A stretch of 64,000 nt of DNA, from contig CM074514.1 of assembly GCA_037379345.1 (NCBI GenBank), forward strand, positions 9,176,001 to 9,240,000, given 5' to 3'. The notes beneath the pieces were generated by a model. The model saw nothing but the letters and a program-made list of their open reading frames with translations. It was not told where the DNA came from and ran no database searches. Source of the stretch: Perna viridis. Lineage: Eukaryota. Below are positions 24,480-39,007 of the stretch, piece after piece; position 1 is the first letter of the stretch, and each line of letters opens with the position of its first letter. The position numbers and the translations under genes were made by a program.

Positions 24480-26381
24480 GTACATAAATTATTTTATCTA
24501 AGGCATAGATGAAATGGTTTAGAACATCGATGACCAACGTTTTGCGCTTTTTCTTAATTATTGAGGTCTTACGTTGGTTTATTTGATAACAAACACACAA
24601 AACGCACTTGAAGGAAAACATAGCGATTTCAAGAGTTGTTTACTTCATCTCTTGTTGTTTCAATAATTCTAAAGCCATAACTCTGCTCTTAGTTTTTACA
24701 TATGGATAAAGATACCAATATTTACTTTACAATTTTTATTGTATGTCATCGATTCATTTCGTTGATAATGTCAGTATCTTTATCCGATAAAAATTATATT
24801 AACATGCAAATAAAACTCAAGTATGCGTTTTGCACTCGTCAAATACATTTGTCCTTATCTGTTCAACATTATTTTATTATAGAAAGAAGAAACCACAGTA
24901 ACCTCTGTCAGCCACACAGCCACTGTAGAGGGTGCATACTTTATTACTGTGGTGGCTATGAACAGAGCAAACGATGCTTCGTATGTTGTATGTTCAGATG
25001 GTGTCACCATAGTAACAATTACACCATCTGTAAAAAAAATGTCGTTGTTTAGGGAGGAAAAACAGCCCCGCAACTCATTGAAGACATGGGTGGTAAAATG
25101 TGGATTTTGGGAAAGAATATGACACGAGCCCCATATAATCATTCTTTAGGCTGTAGGTAAATACATAATAATCGACTTACTTCCCTGACTTTTAAAAGTT
25201 ATATTTTAATAAACAAATTCGTCGGATGGGTTTTCGAACATATTAAGTGTTTCCAGAAACTCGGTCATCTTTAGTGACATGTAAGCAGCAGCTTCTGACA
25301 TCCAATTCTAACCTGTTACAGATTATTCCCCAAACATCTCAAGTTTGTATCATATCTTTATTAGTTTTATTGGTTTTCATATACACAAGCCTATGCTAAC
25401 TTCCTTTTAAAACTAAAAGATTTTAGAAAATATTATATTACATGTATGCAGACAGATTTTCTAATTCACCGAATCAAGTATAATATCATTCGTTCGTTTA
25501 AGAATATATATATGTTATTATAACTAACATTTAAGTAGAATCATAACGATTTTATATTGATATAATGTTCATAAAGAAAATACAAAGTATAAACATTCTA
25601 TATAAGTTTCCTTACCTCCTTAATTTCAAATTTTCAGTCGGTAAATTTTACTAAGCTCTTTATTTCAATTGTTAATCGTACCAAAAGTACATTGTCAGGA
25701 AAACAATACTTATTCTGTATAATCTGTTAACTTTGAGTAAAGTGTAACCAGAATATGAACCTATTGTAATTGCCTGAGCTATAGTGGAAGGTTTGGACCC
25801 ATTGCTGTAAAATATACCCGCTGCAACGTTTGCTCCAGTCCCTAGTCAGGACCCTCAAGCTTATTTAAGGACCATTCACTGAAATGGTATATTGGCAGTA
25901 CCAAGGGCTATTGAAAATCCAACTATACCTTATCTTCTGTTTTTACGTAATTTTATTCTACTTTGTTTGCCACATTGGTCTGTTTCATTTTTCTCACACC
26001 TGGAACATTTACTAAGGTTTTAATTCACCTGAATTGTTCTTTTAATCACAAAATCAATCAAATAATAATTTTTATCTAACTTAAGGACACACTAAAGACC
26101 GAACAGATGTTGCAGGATACCAACCACTGAATTATAACTCTAAATGTTTGCCAACACTTTCACCAGCATGTACAGCTATCGATCTATCTGTGTTAGATTC
26201 TGAGTTACACGCTCATCACATGTACTATGTGACGATTGCATGGTTAAGCACATCAAAGACGTCTGAGGGTTATATACATGATGTCCAGGTGCCTTCAGTG
26301 GGTGTTGTTTATGACATTAATCCAAACGATATTAACAATAAAGATGTTATGGTATGTTTCACTGTGTTGAACCATTAATGT

Positions 26382-27520
26382 GATAAACGCGATAGCTTTT
26401 TATTCCTTATTGTCAATTTTCCTTTCATTTGTGGTAACATCCCTTCAACACCGGCGTATGGCGTTTTCATATCACATACCATACTTTATGCCAGAGCTTG
26501 CTGTAACTACTTGCTAGACTTCTTACAGCAATGCTTCTGGAACAGGATAATGTTGCTACGGAAGTTGTATGGTCGTCATCAGAAACTCTTGGAATGCTAT
26601 GGTGTAACCATCTGGACTATGAAAATCGGTTTGTTCACCGATTCATATTGTACTTTCCTCTTTCGTCTACCCTTGACGTGACCTCCTATGAACAACTCGG
26701 TGGGTGTTTCTAGATTAGCAGAGGATGCTTGCCCTACCGGTGCATCTAGCAAATGCTGTAAGTTTTTATTTACTAATTTGGCTCAAACGGCCACGTAAGC
26801 TATTGCAATCAGTTGGCGTCTGTCTTGGTCGTCCATCGTCGTAACGTATTTTTTAGCTCTTCTCTTCTGACACTACCAAGCAAATTAGAACCAAAATTAG
26901 TAAGGATGTTTCTTTTTGTATTCTGTATCGAACGAATATTGGGATTTTTTATCAGTCGAAAAAGATGGCCATCACACTAAAATAGAACGTAGGAGGCAGA
27001 CAGAAGTTTTTCGCACATATCATAAAAATCGCAAGGTTTAACCCAATATTTACTACTATGAAATATTTCTGATCTGTCGAAAAACATGGCCGCCGTTTCT
27101 GAAAATAGAATAAAGAGGTCAGACAACAGTTTTTTTTTTCAAAATGGTTTGGTTAAGTCAAATTCTGACTAAAGTAAATGATTTGCATAATGGGATCTAT
27201 CTGCGGTGAAATTTTCATGTAGATCTGTTGAGCAACGTTAAAATAATTGCCCTTCTTTGATATGTTACTATAAAAATGTTCTTCTTAGTGGGAGAATTTA
27301 AAGAAAACTGATATGATTGTTCCTTAGGTATGAGCATTAGGAGAAATTTTATCAATGAAAATATACGACAGATTTTACAAAAATTTAATGTTGATTATCG
27401 AGCAATGTAAGAGATTTAGGCCCTCTAGAGCCTCTAGTTGTCCGGGGAACTCATTTACTTTACTTTTGTTTCTTTGTACATATTATTCAATTTATGTCAT
27501 GTTCTTTGGTATGTGTGTTT
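26382..27520 (+). mobile_element. Old Naiad PLE 3' fragment split by a Helentron-type insertion
   Basis: Diverged RT C-terminus and 3' UTR at 26382-26768, resuming at ~27440. Confidence 0.75.
26770..27438 (+). mobile_element. Non-autonomous Helentron-associated (HINE/DINE-like) element
   Basis: GTC-rich microsatellite-like 5' part, internal core repeats (GTCGAAAAA..ATGGCC), 3' hairpin-like segment then CTAGT end in T-rich context. Confidence 0.6.
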
Positions 27521-30500
27521 ATTGAGTTTATTTCATTTTACTGATTGAACAAAAAATGAAATGTATCAATGTCCATGCAGTAGGTATATACATCTGATCA
27601 GATGCATAACCCAATTAGAACAATTGATTTATCTTACATGAAGTAATAGATGTCGATTTTCTGGAAGAATCTGATGCCTTGGCTGTACAATGGAAAGGTT
27701 TTCGTCATCCTCATCTTCCTGTTATGTACATAGTCTGTTTAGGAACAACTCGTGGGGACTGTGATGTCACCAAAAGAGAAAACATTGATGATTCTATCAA
27801 TCGAATTATATTTACGAACCTGAAAATTGTCTTCTTTCTTTGGTATGTTTGGGTTTACGAATGAGATTTTGAACGGGATGATAATTTTGGTGGTTACGGT
27901 GTGAATCAAAGTTCAAAAGTTACAAAAGTTTTGTACAAAAACCGTACAAAAATATTATACAGACAAGGAATTCATGCAGAATGAGCATATTCGATGAAAT
28001 GTATTACAAACAAACTTCCGCCTTCTTATTGTCTCAATACCCTTCTCTATTTCACATACTACCTAAAGGTTGAATAAAAGTGAGATCTTATAGTTTATCC
28101 ATAATTTTTTTCAAAATAACTGTCTGTCGATGTGTTGTTATTGTGTTCTTTGTTTTAGTTGGTTTACTGATATTTGTTCATTATGGACCGTATGTATGCT
28201 ATACCTCATTCTACTTAAATTCTATATGCATTTCGCACGAACTAAAATGAAGTGTAAACATTGACATGATTAAACTCAGAAATGATATCAAAAAATGCAT
28301 GTAACTATAAGATTTGAACTGAAGTGGGTTATGTTTAAAATTCATGAAAAAAATGTTTCAGAAATATTATTTCAATGTGAAAGCCATTACTTCAGCTGGT
28401 ATAGTCGAGTCATATTCTGATGGAGTAATGGTTGTTGACATCGGAACTAAACTATCAGGAATCTCGATACACGACGGTCCCGTTTGCACTTGTACGTAGA
28501 AACATGTTATGTTTAGAGTGTGCGGAAGATGATAAAAAGTTGTTTTGAATTTGCAGACTATTTAAAAAATCATTCAATAACAAAGTTTTTTTCAATTTAA
28601 CACAATAACCGACTTAGTGAATCTAAAACAGGCTTAGTATGAAAGTATAGAACGCGAGATGAATAATTTTTAAAGTCACTTTAAGTGATGTCACAAGCCA
28701 TTAATTGACTCATCCGTGAATATTTCCAATAGAAAACCACATGAAAACTGAATATGATTCATCATTTAAACTTCTATACAATTCAGTTAAACCAGCCATT
28801 CTGGTTCGAAATTCATCTGTTATTTTGAGGTCAATAGTATTAAAATATAATAATAAGTTCTATAGATTATTCATAAATACAGAAACAGTATTCCATTCAG
28901 AAAACTATCACATACATACACACAAATATATTAACAATATACCAATAATGATTTCAATATGTCCATGAATAATTTTAGTTTGACTGGTAACAACCCCCGT
29001 CATATTTCATTGAAGATGAAACAAGACTAAATAAAAGTCATCATACAAATGTAAGTATACAAATCAAATTATTTTTATTTAAATTTGAGCCTGCGAATAT
29101 TATTACTTCAGAAGTTCACGATACACAAATTCATTTTCATGTTTTACCCGTTTTACTTGCACAAATCAACAGCTACATCAGTAAGCCATCAATAAAGCAG
29201 ATAAACTTTAATACATGTCATTAAGGTTTAATTGTTCCAGATTTGTACTGTGATAATTTGGTTATAGGGTATTTTGAAGGACTGTCTACAAGATATTGAC
29301 TACCAAACTTCAACGACTACGTTGTTTGCTAAGTGGGATATTTCCAGAGCTTTACACGATGTTATCAGAAATTCCTGGATATATGTAGATATACGATCAC
29401 CTGTTGGAGGTAAGGGAAATAAAACAATATGCATGCACACAATGTTTATCTTTGAAAGAATAAACATATTGTTTAACTTACATACATGTATATTTGCAAA
29501 GTGCGGCCTACATTTAAATCAACTTGTTTATGTGAAACAAGCCTTTTTACCAGTAATAATAGACGTTATTACCCATACATGTACCATGCATTTTACACCT
29601 ATTGACCTATTGCTAATACACAGACCAACATCAACATTAAAACTTGAAACTGGCTTGAAATGATATGACCCACTCTATGTTCATATAAACATACATACTT
29701 TTACACAGACTACTGGAGTACATTTATTGAGTATAGATACATTGGGAGTCATCATGTATCAGTACTGCGGAATTTAGATATTCAGCCGGGAAGAACATAC
29801 CGGTTGAATATACAATTTTGTTCCAACAATCTTTGCTTTCCTCCATTGAGAAGTGATGGTGTTACAGTCATACCTACTGCTTCAGCTACAGGCTCTATAA
29901 AAGTTCAAGGTAATAATAATAGATAAGTTGAAGGTAATACTTATCAATATGGTAAGTAATGACTTAGGTTACAACATTAAAATTTTGTTAAAGATTGATA
30001 TTATTCAGTTATTTAGAATTTTAACCCCAAAAGTGTACAATAATAGACATTATCGATAGCTTGAGTTATTTTTAATATATTCTGAATTTAATGAGGGAGG
30101 TTTTTTCTAAATAAATTAAAAAGTATTTTTTATAATATGATAAAATTTATTGTTGTTATTTTTTATTTTACCTCACCATTAATCAAAAGATTGCCTGATG
30201 AAAGTGTTTCCATGGATCAAACTGATTCCGCTTCCAATTCAGACACCGTATACAGTTTACGGTAGCAGACATAACCTGTTAGTTGTTATGGGTGTGTTTT
30301 TATCATACCAATATTTATATTTTGTTATTATTTTACTACTCTATTGACCTTAAATATAGAAACAAAAGTATTTATGCACTGGAAACAAATGATTCAATAA
30401 ACTGTACGTAATATATCTCTTTCCTTATATTTGTTTGAATTAATTATCTTTAAGATACCAATGACTTAGTATTTAGTTTGTATTGTAGATGACAGTCCTT

Positions 30501-31754
30501 ACTAAACAAATGTATGACCCTTATATAGATGACACAACGGAAGCGAAAGAAGCGATCGACTTCTATGAATGGGCAATTGTCGACGATTCAAGAGAAGCAG
30601 GTGTTTATAAAAAGTGGGAAAGTGTTTCAACAGTACAACGTATAAATAATGCTCCTGTGAGTTATTTTAATTTTGAATTGCCATGTAATCAAAATATTTA
30701 CCTTTCTGTAATATAGTTTTTGTATGAACGGTATTTTATTTCTTCTTACCGTAATTAAAAAGAAAGTGTGAGTAACTATCAATCAGTCGATAATATTTCT
30801 ATCGAGCGTTTACTTAAGATTGAAAACATGACTCTTTTTTTTTCATTTTAATAAAAAAAAACCAAACGAAAAAAATGAATTTCTGATACTAAGAGTCATT
30901 GAAAAGATTACGAAAAATACAAGAATTGATTTTTAGGTAAACTTTGCCATCATGCTCGGAGAATGTATAGATTTTACTAAGTGTAAAAGAATTGCTTTAC
31001 GAGGATACAATAAAGCTGGCGTATGGAGTGGAGTTCAGACAGAAATAAAAAAAAATGTCTCATAAAAGATGACTATAGCCAGATCATCCCAAAGACAGTA
31101 ATTGACGTCACTGGAAGAAATGGTAGGTACAATATGTATGCTTAATTTACATTTATAATGTGTTGTCAAATTCATGTCAGCTATATTACGTCTGCCAATG
31201 AACCTATATGCGATACAGTGTTTGATAACATAAAGAATAGAAAAGAATGGACTAAAATTGATATTTTCTAATAAAATGTGTTAACATAGTTTTACGACAA
31301 ATAAAATGAGAAGAAATAGCTTTGGAAAACCAAATTACTAAATAAAAAAATCCTCAAAGGAAATTGAAATGAGGTAAGCCACCATGAGCTGATTGATAGT
31401 TGGGTTGTTTTTGACCATGGCTCAAATACACAGGTTAAAAAGGGCCTGTCCGGCCATTATTTATTTTTTTAATAAGTCACATTTGTTGGTACAAAGAGCA
31501 TTACAAATCTTAAATCAAAAAACTTAAGATATTCTAATGTAGAAAACAAGATAATGATATTCTCTTGTGGAATTCTTCTGTGAAATATAACTTCTTGTAT
31601 CTCTCAAAAAAGCTTGAGGTTAGTTGTAAGGAGAACCTGTGTCTAATTCAGAGACAAAATTGGTCAAACTTAGGTGAAAGTCAGTTACAAATTGAAAATA
31701 AACAATAGATTGAATAGAAAGTAAATTTGTTTTCTTTATGAATTCGAAAATTTA

Positions 31755-34700
31755 TGTGAATTAAGAAATTAATTATAGTTTATGAGTCAATTTCATGGGA
31801 ATGCAGATCTGTCACCGTCCAGATTTATCAATGTCAATTGCTAGTTTTAATTGGTTGGATTTACGAGTTAAAGCGAGACCTCAATGTTGCAGGTGCATAT
31901 GATTCAGTTGAAGTTTTAAGTTGAAAGTTAAAGCTTGTAGTTTTTTCGTCAGAAATTTCTATACGTACTTAAAAAGAAATATTATTTTCTTAAGATTATA
32001 CATATATACATATATAATGTCGTGTAGAAAATGAAAAGGCGACAATACAGACTGTTTATCATTGCATCCAACTAAAACCAATAAGTTGGATTTACAGAAC
32101 AAACTTTCCAATATGGGAATTAATGTGCCAAGTAACTTTACACTTAAGCAAATGGAGGCCCTGATTCAGGAAAATAGTAGAACCTCAAGTAATAGTGCGG
32201 TACCCGTTGAAACTGAAAATTTAGATTATCTTCTTCATGTGACGCAAACAGTGACACAAAGGATTTACTCACTACCGTAAAAAAACTCAGTGAAACAGTG
32301 AAAAGACACGAGGAACTTCTTGAAGAGAGGATTAACATCCCCATGGCAATAGTTCGGGAAACTAATTCGGTAAATTCAATGATAGATCCATTTGCTGTTC
32401 CATCGCAGAACAAGGTTACGGATGGAATGTTCTCGCATTTGCATCCAGTGTCAACAACTCAAAGAAATCAGATCAAGGAAGGCAAGTACATTAATTTAAC
32501 TTGTGACAGCTAATGAAACCAATGACATTAGACAGATAGAAGCAGATGGAACATTTATAACACTTAAGACAAAAGACGGCCGCTTACAAAGATATCTTTT
32601 ACTTCAAGAATTTATCGAAAGCTTCAAAATCTACAAAAATGTTGTATGTGAAAATGAAAATCGACGTGTAGAGCTGGATAACTACATGCAAGATGTCATG
32701 ACATTGCAGTAAAATTCCAGGGAAAAACTTTCTATGAATACCATAAAACATTTCTTATGAAATCCATCAAAAGCACAAATGGTTTGACAGTAGATTGGTC
32801 GGTCCGCGACGAAATATTTTACAATACCATTTGTATAGGAAAACCTATAACATGTTCTCACTGTGGTACCTCTTTGAACATATCAGAGATGTGTCAAGCT
32901 ATGTCTTCCTACTTAAGTACTGTTCATCCATTTAGATCTAATGGGTAGATTAAGGCACGTCAATTGCCTCTAAGCAGAATGACACCGGGAGATACGGTCG
33001 TCCATAATTGTTTTTGCAAAGGTAAAGAGGTCTGTAACCATTTTTTAGCCAGCTATTGTGCCAGAGGCAATCTTTGTCGTTATTCGCATGTTGAAACTAA
33101 TCAATTGAACAATAAGTCTGCTAATCAACAGGTATAGCCTTTTATACCCCAGTCAAAATCAAGCAAGGCACCTGCATCTAAACGACTTCTTGCTAGTGAT
33201 GTAGCTTTCAAAGCAAGTACTCAAGTTGACGTCTCAAGACTAGGTTTTGAATTACGAAACCATCCCAACACTAATCTAATTCAGTTTGTAATTCATAGTT
33301 TTACCAACGGGTTTTTAACAGGCTTGTCAGCATCTACTTTTGAATGTAAAAAATTATTATCAACTTAGAAATATCCAGATGACGTATCTCGGCTAATAGA
33401 ACCGGAACTGCAAAATGACTTTATCTTTGGTCCATTTAAAGAATCACCTTTTAGAATACATAGAGTTAGCCATATTGGAATCGTAGAAGGAAAGTATTCA
33501 AAGAAAAAGCGACTTATTCTCGATTTATCAGCTCCCCATAATAATTCCTTACATAGAAGTCTAAATGATCTCATAAACAAGGAGGACTTCTCTCTTTCTT
33601 ACATTCGAATTGATGATGCCATTAAGATTATTAAACAGTGCGGTAAGGGCGCTAAATGTTACAAAACAGATACATCAAATGCGTGGAAACTTGTACCGGT
33701 TCACCCTAGTCTATGGCATCTGTATGGTTTTAAATGGAATGATTATTATTATTACTTCTATACGAGACTTGCTTTTTGTTCACGTTCAAATCCAAAAATC
33801 TTCGATTATTTTTCGTCATTAATTTGTTGGATTTTGCAAACGAATGACAATAATCTTTTCAACGCAAACAGAACAATGCAACGTTTACTTTATGTGTTTG
33901 AACGTTCCACTTGCTTCCCACAAAACAGTTAGACCGGTCACAAAAAATGAATATTTAGGTATCATATTAGACACTGACAATATGCTTGCAAAGCTACCTG
34001 AAGATAAATTATGTCGAATTAAATACTTTTTGTTCTCGTTTTTGAACGACGGACATGTACCAAACGAGAATTTTTTATGTCTTTTATACGATTTTAACTC
34101 TTCAATGAGAGTAATTCCAACAGGAAAATCGTTTATTTCCTTTCTATTGAATATGGCACATTCCGTCAAAGAACTACGTCATCGTGTATCAATCACCACT
34201 GGGTGTCGACAAGAATTTGGATATGTGGCTTAAATTTCTCGATCGATGGAATTGTGTTTCTGTCGTCATAGACGATGATATAATTTCATCCGCTGATTAT
34301 GATGTATACACTGATGCCAGCTAAAAATGTAGTTTCGGGGCATACCTTCAAAATCGGTGGTTCCAAGGAGCTTGGCCAAAAGAAATTATTCTTAAAACAA
34401 AAGAATTATCGATGGCTTACATGGAATTATATCCAATTGTTATTGCCGCTATGATATGGGGTCAGGAATGGACAGGAGAACGAATCCTGTTTCACTGCGA
34501 TAATAAAGCCACAGTGTTTATTATCAAAAAATCTAGATCGAGATCTTTAGAAATTATGAAATTAATGAGAAGCCTTACGTAGTGTTCTGCAAAATTTAAA
34601 TTTGTTGTGCATGCTGAATTTGTTTATGGTAAAAATAACAACATAGCTGATGCCATGTGCCTTCCCGTCACTCAGAAATTCTGAATAATTAAATCGTGCA

Positions 34701-36002
34701 ATTGATAAATTATGGGATAGTAGTATTAATGATACTACACGCAGTGTATATTTATCAGGATTTAAGTGTCTGTGTCAGTTTATGAATTCCAAATTCCCGG
34801 CTCAGGAAGTTAAAACGTGTTTTAAACCATATTTCAGAGGATATCCTAATTTTATTGTGTGTCACATTGTCATTCGGTATTAAATTTGAAGCTATATTTA
34901 GCAGGAATTCGTTATTTTTGTATTTTTATGTAATCGTAAACCATTACTTGATATACATGGTTATTTTTTATTATGGCTAGAAAATATCATTGCTTATAAT
35001 AGTGTTAACCAAAAGTAACCAATAACATATGATGTCGAAAACTGAGGTCATTGGAATGGTGTTGTAATTAAATTTTTTAAGACAAACACAATGATTTGTC
35101 CTTATTATCAACTGAACAGCTACATTGACTATAGACATAAATGCGGTGCATCAGATGATGACCCTTTATTTGTTTGCAGTAATGGCTATCCTCTCGATAG
35201 ATCAACTTTTATAAGTAAACTAAAAACTTCCCTAAATCATTTGGGATTAGACTCGAATAAATACAGTGGACATTCCTTTAGATTAGGCGCAGCTACGAGG
35301 TGCAGTTCTAATTTCGTACAAGATAATATGATAAAGACAGTAGGTCGTTGGAAGTCAGACTGTTACATCAGGTATATTAGGACATTAGATAAAGATATTA
35401 CTGAGGCTCTTCGACAAATGTGTAATTAACATTTTTAAACAATGCAATATTGTTACAATAGCAGAGACGTAATCTCCTATCTACTACATAAAATACTGAA
35501 ATAATTTGGGAGATATTCGTTGCGTTACATGGCATCACCAATGTAACTACTCGTTTGGGCATTGTAAATGGATGTTCCATTCATTTATTGTTCCAAATTA
35601 TTCACCCGAAATATTAGACGGCATATGCCTATAGGTATAAGCCAATCGATATAAGCCTTTAGGTATAAGCCCTTGTCTCGTGAAGCGCTCCGATGTTAAT
35701 TCAGAACAAAACTGGTTACATTAATCAATTCACGAAGGTTGTCCCAAGTCGGGTGGTAAGATAAGAACTGGGTACTAGGCTGGGCCAGTGCTCAATAGTC
35801 CCACTATAATTTACTATCACTTAATTACTAGAGTTCTTACTTTACACTTAAATTCACAATGTTAGGGGTACCCCGTCCTGATACATTCGGGTGTCTGCTG
35901 GGTATGTTATTTCATTCCTCGTTACCTTTATATAACGTACACAAGGAATGTGCATTCTGAGCACACTGTCAGCGACAGAGGCCCATATTTGTGAATTTAA
36001 GT
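31755..36002 (+). mobile_element. Ngaro/DIRS-group tyrosine-recombinase retrotransposon, degenerate (gag-like, RT, RNase H, YR), in an intron
   Basis: Gag-like CCCH finger (CNHF...C...CRYSH ~33033-33088); RT (KKRLILDLSAP, YLGIILDT); RNase H (YTDAS, MELYPIV, FHCDNKA, NNIADA); YR (SGHSFRLGAAT...GRWKSDCYIRYIR). No methyltransferase ORF seen. Confidence 0.88.
35091..35429 (+). pseudogene. Tyrosine recombinase C-terminal catalytic fragment of the Ngaro/DIRS element
   Basis: HSFR-x-GAA box II, GRW and the catalytic Tyr motif (YIRYIR). Confidence 0.9.
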
Positions 36003-36844
36003 ATTGATTTTATAAAAAATGTGTATTGTACGATTGCAGTTAAATGCATATTTGGTTCATATCAATAGAAGTTCAACCAAATGATGCTTTGACATTTTAC
36101 AGAAACTACATTGATATTGTTATCCCCGATCCTTGATCTCATCCAGACATCATCAAATGTGGTCATACAGGTAAATTGTTACTATTAGAGTTGTAATGTT
36201 GATTATAAAAATAAAATATTACCATAATTATTACTAATAAATTTCATACATATACGATGTTACCAGAAGAATCATCTAGCGTTGAAAACTGCTTCAAGTA
36301 GTATCATCAAATGTGATCATAGAGATAAAATGCTTCCAGAAATATTATCAAATTTGGTTATTCTTGGTAAAATGGAACAATCAAACGAGACATGTTCCTG
36401 ATAGTTTCATCAAATTTGTTCATTTTGCTAAATTAAGTAATAATATAAAAAAACATTGTATGAGTACATACATATATAATGGTATAAGCGAATAAACAAA
36501 TGTATTAATGTAGGTACAACTTATTTACGTTAATTGGAGTGGTTTAGAAAACTGACTTGTCTGGAAATAAAACTATTATAGGTGTTTCACAAAAGGTAAA
36601 ATACAAAAAAAGTATATTTTTTGAAAGATTTACAAACCTGAATAATAGGTCAACTTTAATAAAACTATCAAAAACAAACCACTCACATTTAAAACCCTAT
36701 TTTCAAATATTGCTATTTTGATAATTCTTCGAAATTATTCTTTAAAATTAACTAATAAAGCTGTACTGTTACAAACTCAACTTAGGCCTGACGTGAAATT
36801 CAATAACATCTGAATTGACGGCATATAATATCTTTCAATTTTAG

Positions 36845-37067
36845 GAAACAGATATACAAAAATGAACATTTCAATGATTCTGATGAACTTATACATGGAA
36901 AACGATACGCTGTATGTGTCCATGCTGAAAGAAAGGAAATTCAACATGAAAAATGGACAGAAATATTAGATGCTGTATCGACCTGCAGTGATGGTGTAGT
37001 AGTAGACCTTACAGCTCCAATTGGAGGAAATGTCTGGGTGGGAACAAATAAGGATTTATTATATCAG
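36845..37067 (+). pseudogene. FN3/Ig-like repeat exon
   Basis: HGKRYAVCVHAE...STCSDGVVVDLTAPIGGNVWVG; TTAG acceptor and CAG|GT donor. Confidence 0.7.
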
Positions 37068-38181
37068 GTGAATAGCTTATTAGCAAAATTCATACTACCC
37101 AAAGCTTTCAGAGATTAGCGGGAAATAAATTTGAAGTCATTGAATCGAATAATGAAACTCAATACACATAAACCAGACATATATAGACCAGACAAAAATA
37201 ACATATATTAAATAGCATAATATTAATACTCTTGGCAACAAACAAAGGCATAGTCTGACGGGAGATATTACAAATATCATTATACCTGGTAAGAAGTTTA
37301 TTCCAAACAAGGTTTTAAAGGTAGTTATTTGGTCGATATAAATAATGATATTTTGGATGCATATTTATGACACAGTGAATATAATGTTCCATGACGAAGG
37401 TCCGTTTCAGTCATAGATGATTATGATGTTCCTATTTACATTTCTTCAAACAAACATTACAATGACGCCAGAAAATGAAATCGTCAAAAAATCATACTAA
37501 ATTATTTTTTTAAGCAAATAATTTTCGGCGGCCAAAGATAAAATCGAATACAGAACCTGAACACTAAGGAATGATGAGATCTTTCTGGCAGACTTTGAGC
37601 CTTTATCTGGTCAATTCATTGTCGTTTCAGCGTCGTACTTTATTGATAAGCACCACGTCAGCACTAACACTTGCCAAAATAACAAAATAAACTTAAATTT
37701 GTATTTTAGATTTTAAAACAATTTTTTGTCACAGACATCCTCGTCAGATATTTACGTTACATGGGATTCCTTTGTTGATGTTGAAGAAGAAGGGCATTCG
37801 ATGCACTCATCCGGGATATCCCATTACTTGGTCTCTGTTGGTTTGTATCGTTATATAATGAATTATTAGATATTTACTCCTTGAAACTCGTGTACAGCAT
37901 TTCGAAATTTTAAATAAATATAATCGGTATTACCTATAAATCGTATTAGTAACCTTTCATAAGCGTACACACATTTTAGTAATGTCTTTGTGTGCGTTTG
38001 GTTTTATTTTGTTTATGTTTAATTAGCATAGTTACTTTCCTGGTAAAACTTTATTAGGAAAACGATGCAGACGAAGACGAAATATTGTGTTGTGTTTATC
38101 AACAGTTGCGCGTAATGTAAATTTATCGAACTGGCCATTATTTTAGAACTGAAAAGCTAACCCCAAAAAGAAAATCCCAAT

Positions 38182-39007
38182 TTAAGGAAATGACTATGTT
38201 ATTGTGCAAGTCATAAATATCGAAACTACATGTAATCAGTTAAATATTCATGAAAATTAAATTGAAACAAATTAATTTCCTTTTCTTAATTAATAAATCG
38301 AGATTTATAATTAGGAAATTTGAATTTCCCGCGCCTATGGGCGCCACCATGACCGGTTGAACTGTGACGTCACGAAGTCGGTTTGTAAAGTGAAAGTAGA
38401 TAGGTAACTGATCACGATGTCCGAAGATATCGCAAATTTGGGACTTTTCACCTATAATTTCAACCCAAAATAAAAGAAGGAGAGATTGAGGCACAACATG
38501 TATAAGCAAATGTCAGACATCATTGATGAACAACGGTATTTGCAGCCAGATGACTAGTATTTGTAAGGAATGGCTACTTGGGAAGAATGTTCGTGTGGCT
38601 GATTAAAAAAAATTAGAACATTTCTCTTTCACCATTCGTGCAATCGTAAGCTTGACAAGTCATCGTGTTTTTGGTGATTAGATAAACATGATCGTAGAAA
38701 TATTTACGGAATATTCTTTGTTTATTTACTATTTGCAGTACTTGTATCAGTACCAAACCGACTTAGTGACGTCATAAGCCAATCGGAAGCTATCGGTAAA
38801 AACCAATAAAATCTGGCTATGATCTTCTTTCAGGTAGAGGAGTTCTGCAAGCTGGCGATCCCCTTATATTTCAAGGATTTCGAACTTTGCAATGGCCTTG
38901 AGCATTTTATAAAAGCGCATTTTGCATTAAAGGTTATTTATTTTTGTTTACGTGGGTTGATTAATCATAAGAGCCTAACTTAATGCAAAGGTGGTCTTTT
39001 CCTTTAA
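38182..39007. mobile_element. Second, uninterrupted and inverted copy of the TTAA-flanked non-autonomous DNA element
   Basis: Reverse-complement homology to 22193-22759 and 23654-23770; right end CCTTTAA. Confidence 0.65.

Noticed and set aside
35091-35429. Phage integrase or bacterial contamination
   Set aside because: The recombinase follows gag, RT and RNase H remnants in the order typical of eukaryotic Ngaro/DIRS retroelements and sits inside a spliceosomal intron.
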